Notes: generated from the letters alone by a model not told the origin. A stretch of 64,000 bases of DNA from the human T2T-CHM13v2.0 reference genome, Homo sapiens (GCF_009914755.1 NC_060927.1); one strand, 5' to 3'; shown: positions 28,159 to 44,284, counted from the stretch's first letter. Numbers and translations: made by a program.

Positions 28159-29949
28159 TTCATTTTTTATTTTAATCAAAGGATCATTCGCTCATGTTTT
28201 CGCATGAGATGTACACACTTTGAAGAAGACTTTAAGCACAGAAATTTAACACATAAAAAGGCTTGCTCCCTCCCCCAGCCATCTCAACACCATGTAATAT
28301 TATACTTCACTGGATAATCTCTATGAGATTTCAGACACAAGTCAGCAACTTCAGCTAAAGACAAGCAGATATGATATTAGGAGGAGAGGTAGTGAGGACT
28401 ACTTTATATTTGAAATTATTTGAAGTGTATGTTTCTTTCCTACAATTTCACATAACATACGCTTTTATTGATACTTTTTAGTAAAATCATTATTGATATT
28501 TTAGTTTACTTAGGAAAAATTGTAAGCTACAAACCATATATGTTATGTTTCTGAATATGCAGTCATGTCATAACTCAGGAGGAAAAAGTTTCAACTTTCT
28601 GGTTTGAGAATATTTCTTGCACCTGTCCCTTTACTTTTATCCCAAATTGTCACAGCAACCCCAATTCAAGTTCTTACTGCCTTTCAGCTGGGCTTTATAA
28701 CCTTTCATTTTTAACTCCTAACCTATTCTAATCCATTCTATTTGATACCAGAAAAGAATCTTGCTAGATCACAAATTTTGCACAGCCAATTCTCTCATTT
28801 GAAAGAAAGACAGAAAAACTATTAAATGTCAGTTGTCCTATCATCTATTGCTATCTAATTAATGCCAACATCTATATCCTGAAAACTTAGATTCAGATAA
28901 ATATAATAAATATACAGCAAAGTTGGACATTATAGTCTCTAATAAAAGTGTAATGGCTATCAGGGGTCCGGACTTTCGCTGTTTCTGTAGAACTGAGCTC
29001 TAGAAAAGTGCTCTGATTCCACAGTACTTTGGCCCAATTATTAGATAGAAACATTAACAGGAGAGGAGGGCAATTAATCAGGTTACCACTGTCTGACAAA
29101 GTGATCCCTTAAGACCATTTAACTCCCTTTGTTCTAATTCTGTTCCCTCAAGAGAAACATCTAATCTATGATTTTTGTCTCCTCTGAGAACCTACCTACC
29201 CAGGAGGGTATGCCCTTGCCAATGACTTGCTCCAGTTGTCAAGCCCCAGAATATCCCCCCAATATAATTTGAAACATTGTTACTTCAGCCTATGAATTAG
29301 CCTCATGTGAATTTAACTCTAATGACTTTATCCCCCAGGAATAGAACAGCTGTAGTGATCTAACAAAACCAAATTTCTAACTGCACACCAAGACTATGAC
29401 AATTCCATTAAGCGGTATTTCTTGAGGTACATTATGAAAAAGTAGCCTAAGTCACCCACAAATGTTATTGAAAGTTTACTTGGTTGGAAACCATCTACAA
29501 AGCTTGATTCATTCCATGGTGGCCTTTATTGGGAATTTGTGTTAGCTATTATTGCATGCTGACTTCAACAGAGTAACTCATCACTCTCCAAACATTAATC
29601 TGGGTTCGTTTTATTCTAAATCATTCCAACACTTGGACTCCAAAGACACAAAAACACTAGCATCATATCTCAGTACCTTCAAATAATATTATGTCAAAAA
29701 GATTCCATTAGTGAACTTTTATATTGAAAAATTCCCAGTTAACCCTAGCCTAAAATACTATTTACAATTATAGAAAAATAAAAGATTCAAAAAGCATTAA
29801 CACTGAACTTTACTGTCTTTGGTATATATTGCACACTCCCATTGATTAACATCATATTGCATAACTACTTTGTATTTTGAAAGTAATGTACCAATAGACC
29901 ACATTACTGAAAAAAGGTCTCAGTGTTAACCTAGTAGTTGTAGTTCAGT

Positions 29950-30140
29950 GGATATTTGTGTTTGGAGGCACTGTTTGGATTCTCTCCTGTGACCTGGAAA
30001 ACCATTTTTCATGCCTTCGTTTCCTCATCTGTGAAAGGAAACTATACTACACTATAGTACCCACATCATAGGGCTGTTTGGAGCATTAAATTATTTAAGC
30101 CATATGACCGCTTAGATTCTTATACATAGCAAGTTTAACT
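29950..30140 (+). mobile_element. MIR SINE
   Basis: CTGTGACCTGG..GTTTCCTCATCTGTGAAAGG..AGTACCCACATCATAGGGCTGTT core. Confidence 0.8.
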
Positions 30141-31902
30141 CTTATGATTTTGTATTTTCAAATACTGATTTATTTGCAGCAGAACTGGATATTAGAGACT
30201 TTTTGTTCCGGTACCTTTTGACTTTGCTGAGGTCTCCAGAGTTACCCTCGTTTCATAGGCCTTGTGAATGTAAAGCAAGTTCTAGTGGTTGTGAAATGCT
30301 GAAACATTTCCCCATTATTCTAACTGATTTTGAATGACATATTCTCTCTAAGGGGCTCTTCTCATATGTTCTCATTGCAAGCTGAGAGGAACTGTAACTT
30401 TATCTGGCTTGGGCAGGTTTGATTGTTTTGGAAAAATCTGTGCCTTTCAAGGAATGCATTTAAGTATTTTGGTGATTCTTGATCAGGAATTGCCTACTTC
30501 CTCAGAGTCTGTTGAGAATAAACTCAGAGTTTCTTTGCTTTCAGCCTCAGTGAATTCATATTATCTTAGTGTCCTATATTTTTAAATAAAAGGGATTGTA
30601 ACTATTTATATATATTCAAAATGTATATTAATAAATGTGTACATATGAGTGAAAAAAATCTTTACATTTCCATGTTCAACCCTGAAGGCTGAATGCATAG
30701 ATATGTTCTTTGACTGAGATATGTAAACAATTTGCTTTAAAAATGGTGTGGAAAATAATTTTACTGGTTATCTCATTAGAAGATTTTAAAAACCAACAGT
30801 TCAATATTGTTTCGCTCATTTTCTGTTTTTCTCTCAAGGCTCTATGCTACTAGACCATGTATTTACAATTCTGACAAAGGACACAGCAAGTTTCACAATT
30901 GCAATACGTTTTATGCCTACTGTTCTCTCAAAGTTTTAACTATAATATGTTCATAGATCCAAGGTTATTGGGGTATGATATTCGACCCAAATTTAAATAT
31001 TACTCTAAATTCGAAAGATCATATATTGCTTTTCTGTTTTTTAAGTGATCAATATGTAATTCTCTCCATGATGCAGTATGAGCAATGAAGCAGAAGAGTT
31101 CACTTTCCCCTAATAATAAACATATTTTAGATTTGAAGCTCTGAAAATAATTTTGGTGAATAATGAGACCTAGTTACTTAAGCTTTATATATTTATAAAT
31201 GACCATGACATGCAAAATTTTTTTCTTTCCACATGTGTATAAAATATAGATGGACTCGAAATATGATTATATATTTATTTTTAAAACTGATATTTCCTTT
31301 TCTCTTGTGATCCAAATGTGATCACATCAATCTAAAACTTTTTTTTCCCTGCCACCATCTTGAACTCTTTGCTTAGAGACATTTAATGAAAAGTACAAAA
31401 AGAAAAGAAATTCCATCTGTCTCTGGAAATTCAGGTTTCTTGAAGATCAGGGACAGGACTCAAAAGATCCTTCAACGTTTAAACTTCCTGAATATGACAT
31501 GATTTGTAATATAGAAGTAAAGGCACATCAAAGTTGACATTTCAAAAATGTGACCTGTCTATTGTACTTAACTTTAAGGTGAGTCCATGAATTTCTCCCT
31601 GCTAAGTCTATTTCTTGCCCCATTTTAGGCAGATGAAAGAATAATAAAAATGATTTTTCTCTCCGTTTAAAGGCATGGTTTATATGAAGATACAATTCGT
31701 TTCATCATATATTACATCACATAATACCAATTTTAAAGCTCTGTAGTTAAAGGAAATATGCAATATATTCAGTGTTTTCGTGTAGAAAATACTTTTTAAT
31801 CCTAAAATAGATAAATTTAGTTTGGTTGATTAGATGTCTTACAGTAATATTCTCTGTACTCCAAAATCAATATATAGTCAATTGGCTTTAAGACATACTT
31901 TT

Positions 31903-32231
31903 GGCCAAGCTCAGTGGCTCACGCCGTAATCTCAGCACTTTGGGAGGCCGAGGTGGGTGGATCACAAGGTCAGCAGATCAAGACCATCCTGGCTAACACT
32001 GTGAAACCCCGTCTCTACTGAAAATACTAAAAATTAGCCGGGCGTGGTGGCACACGCCTATAGTCCCAGCAACTCGGGAGGCTGAGGCAGAAGAATTGCT
32101 GGAACCCAGGAGGGCAGAGGTTGCAGTAAGCTGAGATCGCGCCACTGCACTCCAGCCTGGGAGACAGAACGAGACTCTGTCTCAAAACAAAACAAAACAA
32201 AACAACAACAACAAAAACAAACAAACAAAAA
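31903..32231 (+). mobile_element. AluSc8-like with (CAAAA/CAA)n tail
   Basis: ACCATCCTGGCTAACAC left arm with S-type right arm; TSD ACATACTTTT at 31893-31902 and 32232-32241. Confidence 0.93.
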
Positions 32232-34864
32232 ACATACTTTTGTGTGCGTATAATCATAAGGCAATATTAACAAGCAAATCAGATCTTGTCGCATAAGATG
32301 TGGAACACACCTTTGCTTAAGTACTATTTGAAAAACTAGAGATATCTGGTTTGAGATATAATCATCTTTAGTATTTGCCACTACCATCGACCACCTGGGA
32401 ATGCAGTAAAATTAAGAAGTACATTTTGATGAACAAAATAATAACTAATGAGTAATTTAAAAAGTCAACGAACACATATTATGTATAAGTATACAACATT
32501 TTGTTCATAAGACCTTTTCACCAACTCCAAATTTATATATATTAAGTACCATCATGTCACTATTTTTGTGAGTCATATTCACCTGGAAAAAATATAAATT
32601 ATTAGATATTTTATATTTTACCAATTTGGAAATTAAGATGAGAATGTTTTTGTGCTTAAATTTTATCTTTGTCCAAAAAGATATCCATGAAGATTATAGG
32701 CGTGTTACATTTATCTTTGTTGTTTTCTACTCTTTCCCTGCAGTGAGAGGACTAGTCAAATGCTTCTTATTGCCAATCATGAGAACTACACATATTAATA
32801 ATAGATGGAAAAGCTTACAGAATTAAATGAACACAGTGACTTAGTGTAATACATAGGGGCTGTATCTTTGTTGACTAGTTGATGTTTATCTAAGCGCAGG
32901 AAGATTATCTGAAGACCATTACCGAAAGTATGGAAAATAGGATCTTTTCTAGAAGCAAAGAATTGCTATCATATGAAGTGCTTGCATTTATTTGTTAAAG
33001 CAAGTAACACTACATTCTCCAGAGGAGAATATATTTGATCTTCCACTGAACTATCTTATATCCTTGTGGATAAATCGTTTTCTGTATGACTAGATATAAT
33101 TCTAAATACCACGTGCTTGTCAGATCCATGAAGTGACTTGGAGAAAGCCTTATTTTCAAAATTATCTTGTCAATTTCATTGTGACAGTAGCAGAAGCAGG
33201 TAGCAGTAGTTTTCTTCTGATTATGTTAAAATCTCATCTATTATTTAGTTTAAAGCTGACAGCATATATTAAGGCTTAATGAACACTTTCAGTAATTTCA
33301 GACTAAATTTATCTTCCCCAATTTTATACGTTTTTGTCATTTGAGGGTTATAATTTGATCAAAGGTTAATTTCAGGAGGAGTTTTTCCAAATTATTTCAA
33401 CATTAAAAAAGTAGAGAGTGAATTTTTGGGAAATCTATCCATGTGAAACTATTTTTAGCAGAAGTTAAATGATAAGACACACGCTAAAAACGCTTTGCCT
33501 TTTTTGCAGTGGAAGAATAAGGTAGTTGCCATTTTTGTCCATATCTGGTAGTCACAACTCTAGCTTGACTGCTACATGCCCATGCCAGTCACCCCTATTC
33601 ATAGAATATAGTTTCAATCTCAATATAAAACATTAGATTTTAATGCTATATGAAATCATATCAGATTAATTGCATACATAAAAATAGGAAGACATATTTA
33701 GGCAAAGATACGTTTAGGAGATAAACATTTTGCCAATAAAAATAAAATGTAATTCAGTTCTTTTTTCAAATTTTTAACAAAAAAAAATTATTACCTTGCT
33801 GTATTTTTTTTTCAACAGTTTCCCCCCATTGGATAGTATCAGCTGATAGAAAATATTTTCAGACAGTCTTGGAAAATGTAAATTCCTTGAGCTAGGAAGA
33901 AAGAGAAATTGCTTTTACTTTTCTCTCACATTCTTTCTTGGAACTAACTTAACATTTTGATCCAGCAGAGAATTGGCCTCCTGTAGCCAAGACTATGAAT
34001 AACTACCAGCTTCAATACTTTTCTAGAATTCTGTAAATTTTATGTGGAAAACAGTGTCACAGTACACATATTGGGGTTAAAATTCCTCTTAGACAGATGC
34101 ACCATCTAAATTCTTATAGCAACTACCCTATGTTGACTACAAGAGATATAGTTTTATTATTATGTAAAAGCATTGGAAACTAGAATTAGTCAGTTAAAAA
34201 CAAAACTGAACTTCAGCAACAAATCATGGAGAATGTAGATATTTTTAAACTACTCCTTAGGTGACATAACTTGTCATTTAATGTGTCATTGCTGTAAAAT
34301 ACTTATATCTAGAATTTAGAGTTTTGGTATGTTGTATTTATTAAACTTCTTTTTGTATCATTTATTACCTATTAAAATACTAGCAAATAGATCAAAAATG
34401 CTTGTTATATTGATTCTATGAAATGCATAACATATTATAATATGGAACACCTCAAATATTGGAAATTTAAGGATGATAGCTCTTGCTGGTAACTTGTCAC
34501 AAAGCTACTCTGTAAATTGGATGTTTATGTCAAATTTACAATGACCAGAAAATGTGATGTATTAATATCCTTGAGAAATGATAGAGACGTCATGAAAGTC
34601 AAGCAAATACCAACACTACAGGACATAAAAATTAAAAGGCTAATTAAAAAAAAAACACTCTGTTAACTTTTGAAAGATTCATTTGGTATTCTAAAGAAAT
34701 TACTAATTGTGAGCTAAAATAGTGTTTTCTCCCATATTGGAAATATGTCAAAAGACATAGTAGGACTGGTCAAATTCATTCACACATACACCATTTTATC
34801 TTAATTATTATCTTGTTTGTACTCCTCAAAGGCCAACCCTGATGTAGAGATATGTGTGAAAGCA

Positions 34865-35763
<899 letters not shown>

Positions 35764-38069
35764 TAATATATTTGGGTGGTGATACCAGAATACACTAGTC
35801 ATAGAGTAAGGAAGTAATTCTGGTAAGGGATAAAAGTTAAAGTGAGATGTGCTAACGAGCAGATCACCACTGTGGGCAACTGGAGCTCAGACTTATTGGC
35901 AGCCCCTGGGAGAATGTAGAGAACCCAGCTCAGAGTTGTCCTATCCAGGGGCAAGAATGTTTGATGTTGGTGGATATGTATTTACCTCTCAATTTGTCAT
36001 TGGTTGAAGACTCTTCATGGGGAGGGAAAATAATTACCTGCTATTCTAGCCTGCCTTACAGCACACTTCAGGCCACCACAAGTCAGAGAAAGCTTTTTAG
36101 GCTTAAAGTTGCAAGAGTTTGCAGTGCAAATGCAAAGTGTCAGACTCTGGGCTTATCAGCAAGGGCACATACCACAGCCTCTGCTAAACATGGAATATGA
36201 GAGTTTTTGATATGGGAGTGGGTGGAGTCAATTTCTTTTATAGATATTTATTTAGCGACTACTCTGTAAAACAGTATAATCAAATTATCTGTGGAAATGG
36301 GCAAAAGTGGTGCAGTAATTTAAAATCAAATGTCACACATAATGGCACCTGGGAAACAGGAATGTATTAGTAATGCAAGGGAGCTGGAGCCAAGCAGGAA
36401 GCCAGTCATCAATGTAGACAAGGGTGGGAACATAACAGAAAAGACGGGCCCTGTGTGGACAGGCACGCCATGCAGGAATGGCCTCCAAATGGACCCAATA
36501 GTTTAATTCAAATGATAGGAGTGGCCAGAGCTCAATTTATTCAAAGAGCACCAAATATGATTTATTTGGGGGATCAGTCAGGAATGAGCATTCCTCTAGG
36601 AACTTTGTAAGCAAGAGAAAGGGGGAGAAATACAATTTAAGTTAAGAAAATAGTCAAAACCTATCAGATGGGATGTGATTCAGGGCAGAGCTGAAGTGCT
36701 TGATGAGAGAGAAGTTATAGGGTATCATGCATTATCACCATTGGCAATTACAAAGAAAACCAGAAAAAAACTCCTGTCCTTCCAAGTAGGCTAAAATTGA
36801 CTGTAGTATGTTAACTCCAAGTGTTAACACAGTCAGTTTATTCACAAAAGTGTTGCAGGTGCCTACAACTCTATCTGGCACGTGGGAGGTGCCCAATGAG
36901 TATTATAAGGATGGACAAATAGAGATACTCTGATTTGTTTCCTGATATGTTGGGTCCTGGGAGTGATGGAGCATGACAAGCCAGGAAAATAGCGTTTTTG
37001 GAAGGGGAGGTGATGCTGGAGGGAAGCGGAGTAGGAATTCAGCTGAGATGCTCAATCCTCAATACTGGAGAGTGGTTTAATTCAAATTTCTGTTGGATTT
37101 AATAATGTCTATTTATATTTGATTTACCTTCAGGTGTCCAATAAACAGACTTAATAGTTTGGATTGCAGAATCTCAGAAAAATGATATAATTATTATCTA
37201 ACAGTGCTTTTGGAGAACTCACAAAACTTGTTATGGATACAAACAGTGTTTATATTCTCATAATCAAATAACAATGCGAAGAATATATGCATCCTAAGGT
37301 GGTGATGCAAATTCATATAAGGAGTTAGCAAGCAAGGGCCATGTGGTCTGAAATATGTGTCCTGGGAATACAGGTAAAAAGACAGGATGTTGGGATAGCT
37401 TTCAAAAACTTAAAGACACTTAAGTCTATGTGCTGAAATATAGTAGATCTTTGTGATTTAGTAGAAAAGGAAAACAAGAAAAGAATTCAGACAGGAATTA
37501 CATAGGGTTTTATTAGAGTGCAATTTAGGGAAGACTTTGTGAGAGTTCAATAGTCTGAAATGAAAACTATATGAATGGGTATCCTCCCAATTCTGGAAAT
37601 GATCAAAGAGTGACTACGTGATTTTTTGGATAGATAAAATAAAATTCTAGCAATTAATTATATACAATAAAAACATTCTCCCAAGTTATTTATAACTTTA
37701 AAATTTATCATTCAACTATTTAAGGAATGTGTTGCTGGATTTTACATTGAAAAACAGCTAGAGTGGCACAAACAGGGAAACTATTTGGTCTGAAAACCAA
37801 GAAACTCAGACATAAAGAACATAACTTAAAGGAAGGTTTCTTCATTTCTAGCTTCCTCATTTATCTCTCAAAGTTCAACTGCATATGTTCCACCCTTAGA
37901 AAAAGTTTAGTGTTTAAAATATTGTCATAACCAATTAACTGGAAAAATATATTTTGTTTTGTGATATATTTAAAATAACTTGAAAATACAGGCAAATTCC
38001 ACAGCTGTATGCTGCAGATTTATTGTTTAATCATGGTATTTTTACTCACTATGAAATTCTGTGGATGCC

Positions 38070-38540
38070 TGTACCACTTAGGAAACAAACTAAAGCTGCT
38101 CTAACAAGGACATTTCAAAATATACTATTTTAAAGCACTTGGAGTTTTATGTCTGTCTTAAAATAGCCTAAAAGTGAGCATTCCAAGATGTAGGGGTGGC
38201 TCAGTTTCGCGTCATCACTCAGGGATCCAGGTTTCATCTATCTTGTCCCTCTACCATATTCCAGGATATTGCCATCTTCTCCACTTGGTTCAAATTTGGT
38301 TCATCCATTGTTCCAGCTTCCAGGAAGTAGAAAAGAGCTTGGGAGAAAACAAGATGAAAGTGTTAAGTCTCACTCAGACTAGAAGTGATATCCTTTACTT
38401 CTGCTCAATTCTATCAACACAAACTTAATAACAACTAACTTCAAGGGAAGCTGACAACCATCTGCCTTGTTAAAATTATATTAGTGAAAAGACAGAGAAA
38501 ACCAAATGTAGGTGGACCATAAGCAATCTGTGCCAAAGAC
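38070..38540 (-). mobile_element. MLT1I/J-like MaLR solo LTR
   Basis: CAGGGATCCAGGTTTCATCTATCTTG, TACTTCTGCTCAATTC, AACTTCAAGGGAAGCTG, ending GCAATCTGTGCCA. Confidence 0.65.
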
Positions 38541-38720
38541 TCAAAATAAAAGGCAGAACGTGAGGTATCAAACTGCTCAAATCATCAGGGTGCTGGAATT
38601 TTTTAGTTAGATTTTCCTAAGACTTTTCATCTTCTGGTTAACAAAGAAACTTTAAAAAATTCCATAGTTAATTTAAGAAAAAATCTAACTGCGTTTGTTT
38701 TTCCTGGTTATATTTTTAGC

Positions 38721-38808
38721 ATTTTATTTTATTTTATTTTATTTTATTTTATTTTATTTTATTTTATTATACTTTAAGTTCTGGGGTACATGTAAGTTTG
38801 TTATACAG
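38721..38808 (-). mobile_element. Very short L1PA 3' end with (TTTTA)n tail
   Basis: (ATTTT)9 followed by ATTATACTTTAAGTTCTGGGGTACATGT..GTTTGTTA. Confidence 0.85.
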
Positions 38809-39779
38809 CTGACAGAGACAAAATATCACTGACAGTGGAAAAATACAAAAGTCAATATTTTTGTTAAAATTCTTATAATATCTATATTTTAAAGATTAAC
38901 ATAAATTTGCACCTATAAGTAGTTCTCAATTCTAATAAAACCAGGCCATTCTATTCTTTATACATTATCTCTAGTTTAGGGATCTAAGGAAGTCCCAATT
39001 CAAATTAAATGTGTTCAATCTCTACGTAAGTGTAGTGAGACTCTTAGTGTAGTAAAAGTTTAGTGAAGAGAACCTTGAAATATAACTTGATGAAAGAAGC
39101 TTGAAGTCTATCTAAAGTATTCCAGACTTTTCTCTTATTTCTTCTGGGGACATTTTTAATGGAATAATTTATTTTTAATTATATATTTGTACACCATAGC
39201 CTTCTGCTACTTCTCAAAAATTCTTTTTTACTTAATATCATGAACATACTTTGTATTTTTAAATTATTTGTTGATCTAGGTCATTTAGTTGAGTGTTAAA
39301 ATATTTTGCCAAATAAATAAATATTCATATAAAAATTTCAAATAAAAATATTTGAATTTTTGCCAAACTTTTAAAAAATTATTTTTACTTTCCTTGAGGG
39401 AAAAGTATAAGTTGTGTTATTCATACACACACGCACCCACACAGAAACACACATACACAGAGTGATATATAGATAGAAAGATACATTTACATGTAGATAC
39501 CGATGAGGATATATACATTTCTACTCTGTGTTCTCATATATTATTTATTATGACATTTTGGGTAATGCTAGAAATACAATATACTTTCGTTGAAATTATA
39601 AATCTAAATGTGAAAATTTCAGATGATAAATTTCAGCAATATGTTTAACATGTTAACTATTATTCTCCTTTGGCTTGGATAATTTGGAACTGGTACCATG
39701 TTATCTATAATGGGAGAGATGAATAGCATTACTTGAAAGCCTAGTCTGCTCCATTGGCTCTGCATACATCTTATTTCTA

Positions 39780-39960
39780 CTCACTAAAACTACACATGGT
39801 AGATCCTATTATTGTCACTCATTCTCTCTCTCTCTGTCTCTAATCGATGGAAAATGAAATCTTAAAGACATTAAGTAATTGAGAATTTTACCGAGCTAGG
39901 AGTGATAGAGTAACTGGCTTTAAAATGTAGTCTTCTGTTCTATTAATATCACAATACGTG
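39780..39960 (-). mobile_element. MIR fragment
   Basis: GGTAGATCCTATTATT..GATGGAAAATGAAATCTTAAAGACATTAAGTAA. Confidence 0.45.
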
Positions 39961-40909
39961 TAGTCCCTTTGTAAACCACTGCTAAATTTCCATTTGCATG
40001 TTGAACCATCAGTTTCTTACACAATTATAACAATTATGTCAATTTTCTCTATCATATATATGTAATGAATATGATATATTGTTCTTATATGCAAAACAGA
40101 ATGTAAGCAATAAACAGAAGTTAACTTCATTACCTACACATTTATTTCGTTGAATTTAAATTGCCAGTTACTACAATGTGTTACTTTCCTTTGAAAATGA
40201 GTATCATTCTTCCAAAATTCTACCATTTAAAATGGAATTCATTGAAATGAATAATTGTATGAATTATTTTACTGAGCACAGTGAGAGATAACGAAGGAGG
40301 TAACAATCATAGCAGAAATGCATCAATATTAAATATTTACTGCATAACTCATTCTTATTGGACACAGCTGTCGATAAAATATGCCTTTACTCTTGACAAG
40401 TAGCTCCTGTGTTTTGCTTGTAGATGAGCTTGCAGCCCTGCTCTGTATTCTTTATCTTCATCACTGCACCAGTCTTTTAATTAGGCAGTGAAATCATCTG
40501 CATAGTGATTAGGAAATCACAGTTAAGAAAGCGTTACAAAGAGATGTTTCTGGAAGCGCTTTGCTTTGGAAATTCCTCCATGTTCAACATCAAGGAAACA
40601 TATTCAGACAAATGACATTCAGGTCATCAGGTTTACCAAATCTTCACTCCTGAATCCTCAAATGTTGGAGGAACTAGAAAAAGTCTGGAGCCTGTCTAAC
40701 AAATAACAGCAACTTCATTATTTAACCTGTGAAATGAAGGTAGTGAAGAACTTTGTGTTATAATTTATACCGATTTTTATATTCAAAAGAATATTTCATC
40801 TTATGCAAATGATTGTGTTACTATTGTAGGTTCATATATTGAAAATATACTATAGGATATTAAGTACAGTGGCCCATGCCTGTACAACTTTTTTGTGACT
40901 GTAGTCACA

Positions 40910-41100
40910 AAACCTAAAGTCAAATCCAGCAATGCCTCTTGTTAACTTGTGAATGCAGATATTTTATTTATCTTCTTTTAGCTAGTTTCCTTATTTATAA
41001 AATATGATTAAATATATTCTCTTTCTTGCATTCCCTAAATATTGTTGCAATGATTAAGTGAAGTTTTACTCATGAAAGTAATGAACAACTTCTTAAATGA
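40910..41100 (+). mobile_element. MIR fragment
   Basis: TCAAATCCAGC..TAGTTTCCTTATTTATAAAAT..TTGTTGCAATGATTAAGTGA. Confidence 0.55.
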
Positions 41101-41144
41101 TAACATGTAATATTAAAAATTATTATAATTATATTCTCAATATT

Positions 41145-41611
41145 TGTATTAGTTAGGGATCTCCAGAAAAATAGAACCAACAGGAGGTTTGTGTGTGTGT
41201 GTGTTGTGTGTTTATGTTGTGTTTATGTGTGTGTAGTGAGGGATTTATTTTAAGGGATTGGCTGGCTCATGGGATTGTGGATGGTTGGAAAAGCTGAACT
41301 CTGCAGAGTAGGCTAGAGACCTAGGTAAGTGTTGAAGTTGGAGTCCGAAGAGAGTCTCTTGGCGGAAGTCCTTCTTACTGACAGGAGGCCAGTCTTTGTT
41401 TTAATTCTTTGTTCTGTTGAGAACACCTGACTCGATGAGGCCTACCCACGTCATATTCATTATGGAAGGTAATCTTCTTTCCTCCCAGTCTACCTATTGA
41501 GATGTTAATTTCATCCATAAAGCACCTCCACAGATACATCCAGAATAATATGAGACCAAATAGCTGGGCCCCATGGTGCAGCCAAGTTGACACATACAAT
41601 TAAGCATATCA
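41145..41611 (-). mobile_element. MLT2C/D-like ERVL solo LTR
   Basis: Starts TGTATTAGTTAGGGATCTCCAGAAAAATAGAACCAACAGGA; contains GATGAGGCCTACCCAC; ends GCCAAGTTGACACATACAATTAA. Confidence 0.9.
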
Positions 41612-43941
41612 TTACCTAAATGAGTGATTAAAACACTCCCAAAAATATTTCAATTATTTCCTCAAATTACATGTTCGAAACATGATTTATATCATTAATT
41701 ATCTAGTGCCAGAATAAAATTTAAAACCTTGATTGTGTGAGTGTGTGTGTGATGATATCCACTTAGAGGGTTGTTATACAAATTTAATGACTGGGTCTGT
41801 GTAAACACTTAACATGGTGCTGACACATTTTAAGGATTTAATTTGTGTTATATATTATTATCATTGTAAAATGACAGAGCTTATATGTGCCATGGCTGTA
41901 AATGGTCACCTCCTTCCTGGTCAATAAAGGTGCTCCATGTGTTGATAGTCTTCATAAACTACAGACTCAGCATCCTCGAATCTCAAGGAAAGATTTTATA
42001 GACGTTGCTCTGAGCAAAATCACAGTAACACACCACCGGCACAATCATGAAACTCTCAGATCTACCTTGAGATTAAGAAAATAATTTTTCTTGGAAAACA
42101 TAAAGCAACCAGGGAGGTGGTGGTTAAATGCTTAGGACAATTTTTTCCTCCCATGGAGTCTGTTTTCTGGTGTTTTGTGGCAATATATAGATTAGACAAA
42201 TGTTCAGATTATTTTTACTTGACTTTAATGTTGGAATAGTGAGCATAAAATTCATACAAATTAGATAATTGAGGTACTCAGACCTTTCCAGCTGAGGCTT
42301 TGCCTCAATCTAATTGTGATAGGAAGATACAGGTGTGTGCATCTGGCTAGTGTGGGCCTGGCCTCCAATCTATCCTATCCAGCTCTGTGACTTTACCAAT
42401 TAGTATAATATGTTGGCTAAACTGTATGCCCAAATATAAGATAATTCATTCCTACAAAAATATTGAATTAAAATTGTCATTGTCTAAATATAATTTATTT
42501 ATTTGTCATTTATGGGAATAAATTTTGGAAAGACTCATCTTTTTTCAGATTCTCTTTACATTTTTCATGACCCGTTTATTTGATTTAGGATGACTCATAA
42601 CGTAGTCATTACTTATCATGTGTCTGAAATAAGTTTCTATTAAACTATCATTAATCTTATATAACAAAGCATCTGATTACTTGATTAAAGACTAAATTAA
42701 TCTATAAATAGTCTCACCAAATTGTTTATAAATATTTTGAAACAATACATTATATTTATCCAGCAATTTAAAGTGCTCAGAGAGCAAAAACAAAACTTAA
42801 TTTCTAAGATGAATGGAAATCTACATTTATGAAGGAAATTTTAAGATCCAGGCACTGTTCCTAGATGTTTTATGTTTCTAAACGAATTATTATAGTTTCA
42901 TTACCTCAATTAAAATCAATTGATATACTTTATTAATTTGCCTATCTAGAAATGCTCAAAATATTCAGATTGAAATGTCTCATGTTAATTGCACACAAGT
43001 ACTTAAAAAGAAATAAAAACATTGCAGAAAATAGAATTCCTGCCTATCATCTAAATAAGACAAACTAATGAATCATTGAAGAAAAATTGTCTGCAGGTTG
43101 TCTATATTTCAATCTAATTAAACACTACTTCAAATGATTCACCAGTCTATTGAGATGTCTGTTTTTACCAAAAAGGGATTTGCCTCAAGAGACCTGACAA
43201 ACTGAAAAATAAATTGCATCTATTGGTCAAAGTCATATAGATATGTTGACATACAAAGTTTTGATAACTGTTATAAAAAGAGATCTTCTTCATACATCTT
43301 TATAAATTGGGGAAGAGACATGTAGCACAATTTGAACTTGTCTTCTGGCCATAGAGTTGCATATAAATACCTTCCCTGTATTAAACTCTAAATGTTAGAG
43401 TTTAGCACCCCATGTCTTTTTAAACAATACACATATTGAAGAAAATATTTCTCCATTTTAAAAAATGATATTCTTTAAAAATAAATATAGCAGAGTGGCA
43501 AAGAAGAACGTAGAAATATCCAATTGCAGAGGGAAGATGAATACATTCAGCCTCTATTTTGTTTCTAATTCACTCTTTTATGAGTTTTTTCATGTCTTGT
43601 GCACATTACCTATTGCAGTCCAAGGTCAATGATTTGCCAGTGCACTACAAAGATAGCAGAGAAAAGCAAATTCTGCAAACCGCTCAACCTGTTAAAAGTC
43701 TATCCCTTCATTTTTAAGAATTAGTTGCAAAACAAAGAGTAAACTATTATTTTTAACGCATGGCTTGCAAAATACTTTAGATCCACAGAAGGAGCAGAAT
43801 CTATTTTTAATCTCTGTATCCCTGAAAAATACACCATGCTAGTTTTATCTATGTGTCATTAATCTATCTTCCTACCTTCTATCTTTAAACATACCAATAA
43901 GACCTTAAGAGTTGCAATATAGTTAATAGCAAAGATTTTAA

Positions 43942-43968
43942 ACACACACACACACACACACACACACA
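43942..43968. repeat. (AC)n microsatellite
   Basis: About 13 units. Confidence 0.97.
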
Positions 43969-44027
43969 GATCTATTTTCTGGGCAGTCACAGTGGTCTGA
44001 CATACAATCATCTCCTCTCTATTGCAG

Positions 44028-44162
44028 CATTCAAAATGAACATATAGAAATGCTCTTTAAGGACACTGTATTTTCAGCTCATGTGGTTTGCAGCATGTTA
44101 CATTGAGCAGCAGATTAGTAGCTTGATTAGTTAAGACTTTTGCCTGAAGGCATGACCACTGG
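44028..44162 (+). other. Candidate non-coding/UTR exon (unverified)
   Basis: Branch-like CTGAC (43997-44001), pyrimidine tract, CAG acceptor at 44027 (alternative TTTTCAG at 44077), donor GG|GTATGT at 44162/44163; all three frames closed. Confidence 0.25.
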
Positions 44163-44284
44163 GTATGTGTTTCCCAAACCTCGAGAGGCAAGAATACCAC
44201 ACTGTCAAAAAACCATCTGTTTCTTTTTTCTTAATGACTCCAAAATTTTAAAAGTTCACTTGTTAGTGGTTAACTGATTCCCTT

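Noticed and set aside
31432-31585. Donor AAG|GTGAGT with upstream CAG; similar AAG|GTAAGA at 45641
   Set aside because: Weak acceptors and no recognisable peptide; isolated donors are common.
33449-33458. Perfect MEF2 motif CTATTTTTAG
   Set aside because: Isolated AT-rich motif, expected by chance here.
36290-37640. Purine-rich stretch suggestive of old LTR, L2 or CR1 fragments
   Set aside because: Too diverged to assign family or boundaries by eye.
43382-43404. 10-bp inverted repeat TAAACTCTAA-ATG-TTAGAGTTTA
   Set aside because: One or two stems of this size are expected by chance in 64 kb of AT-rich DNA.
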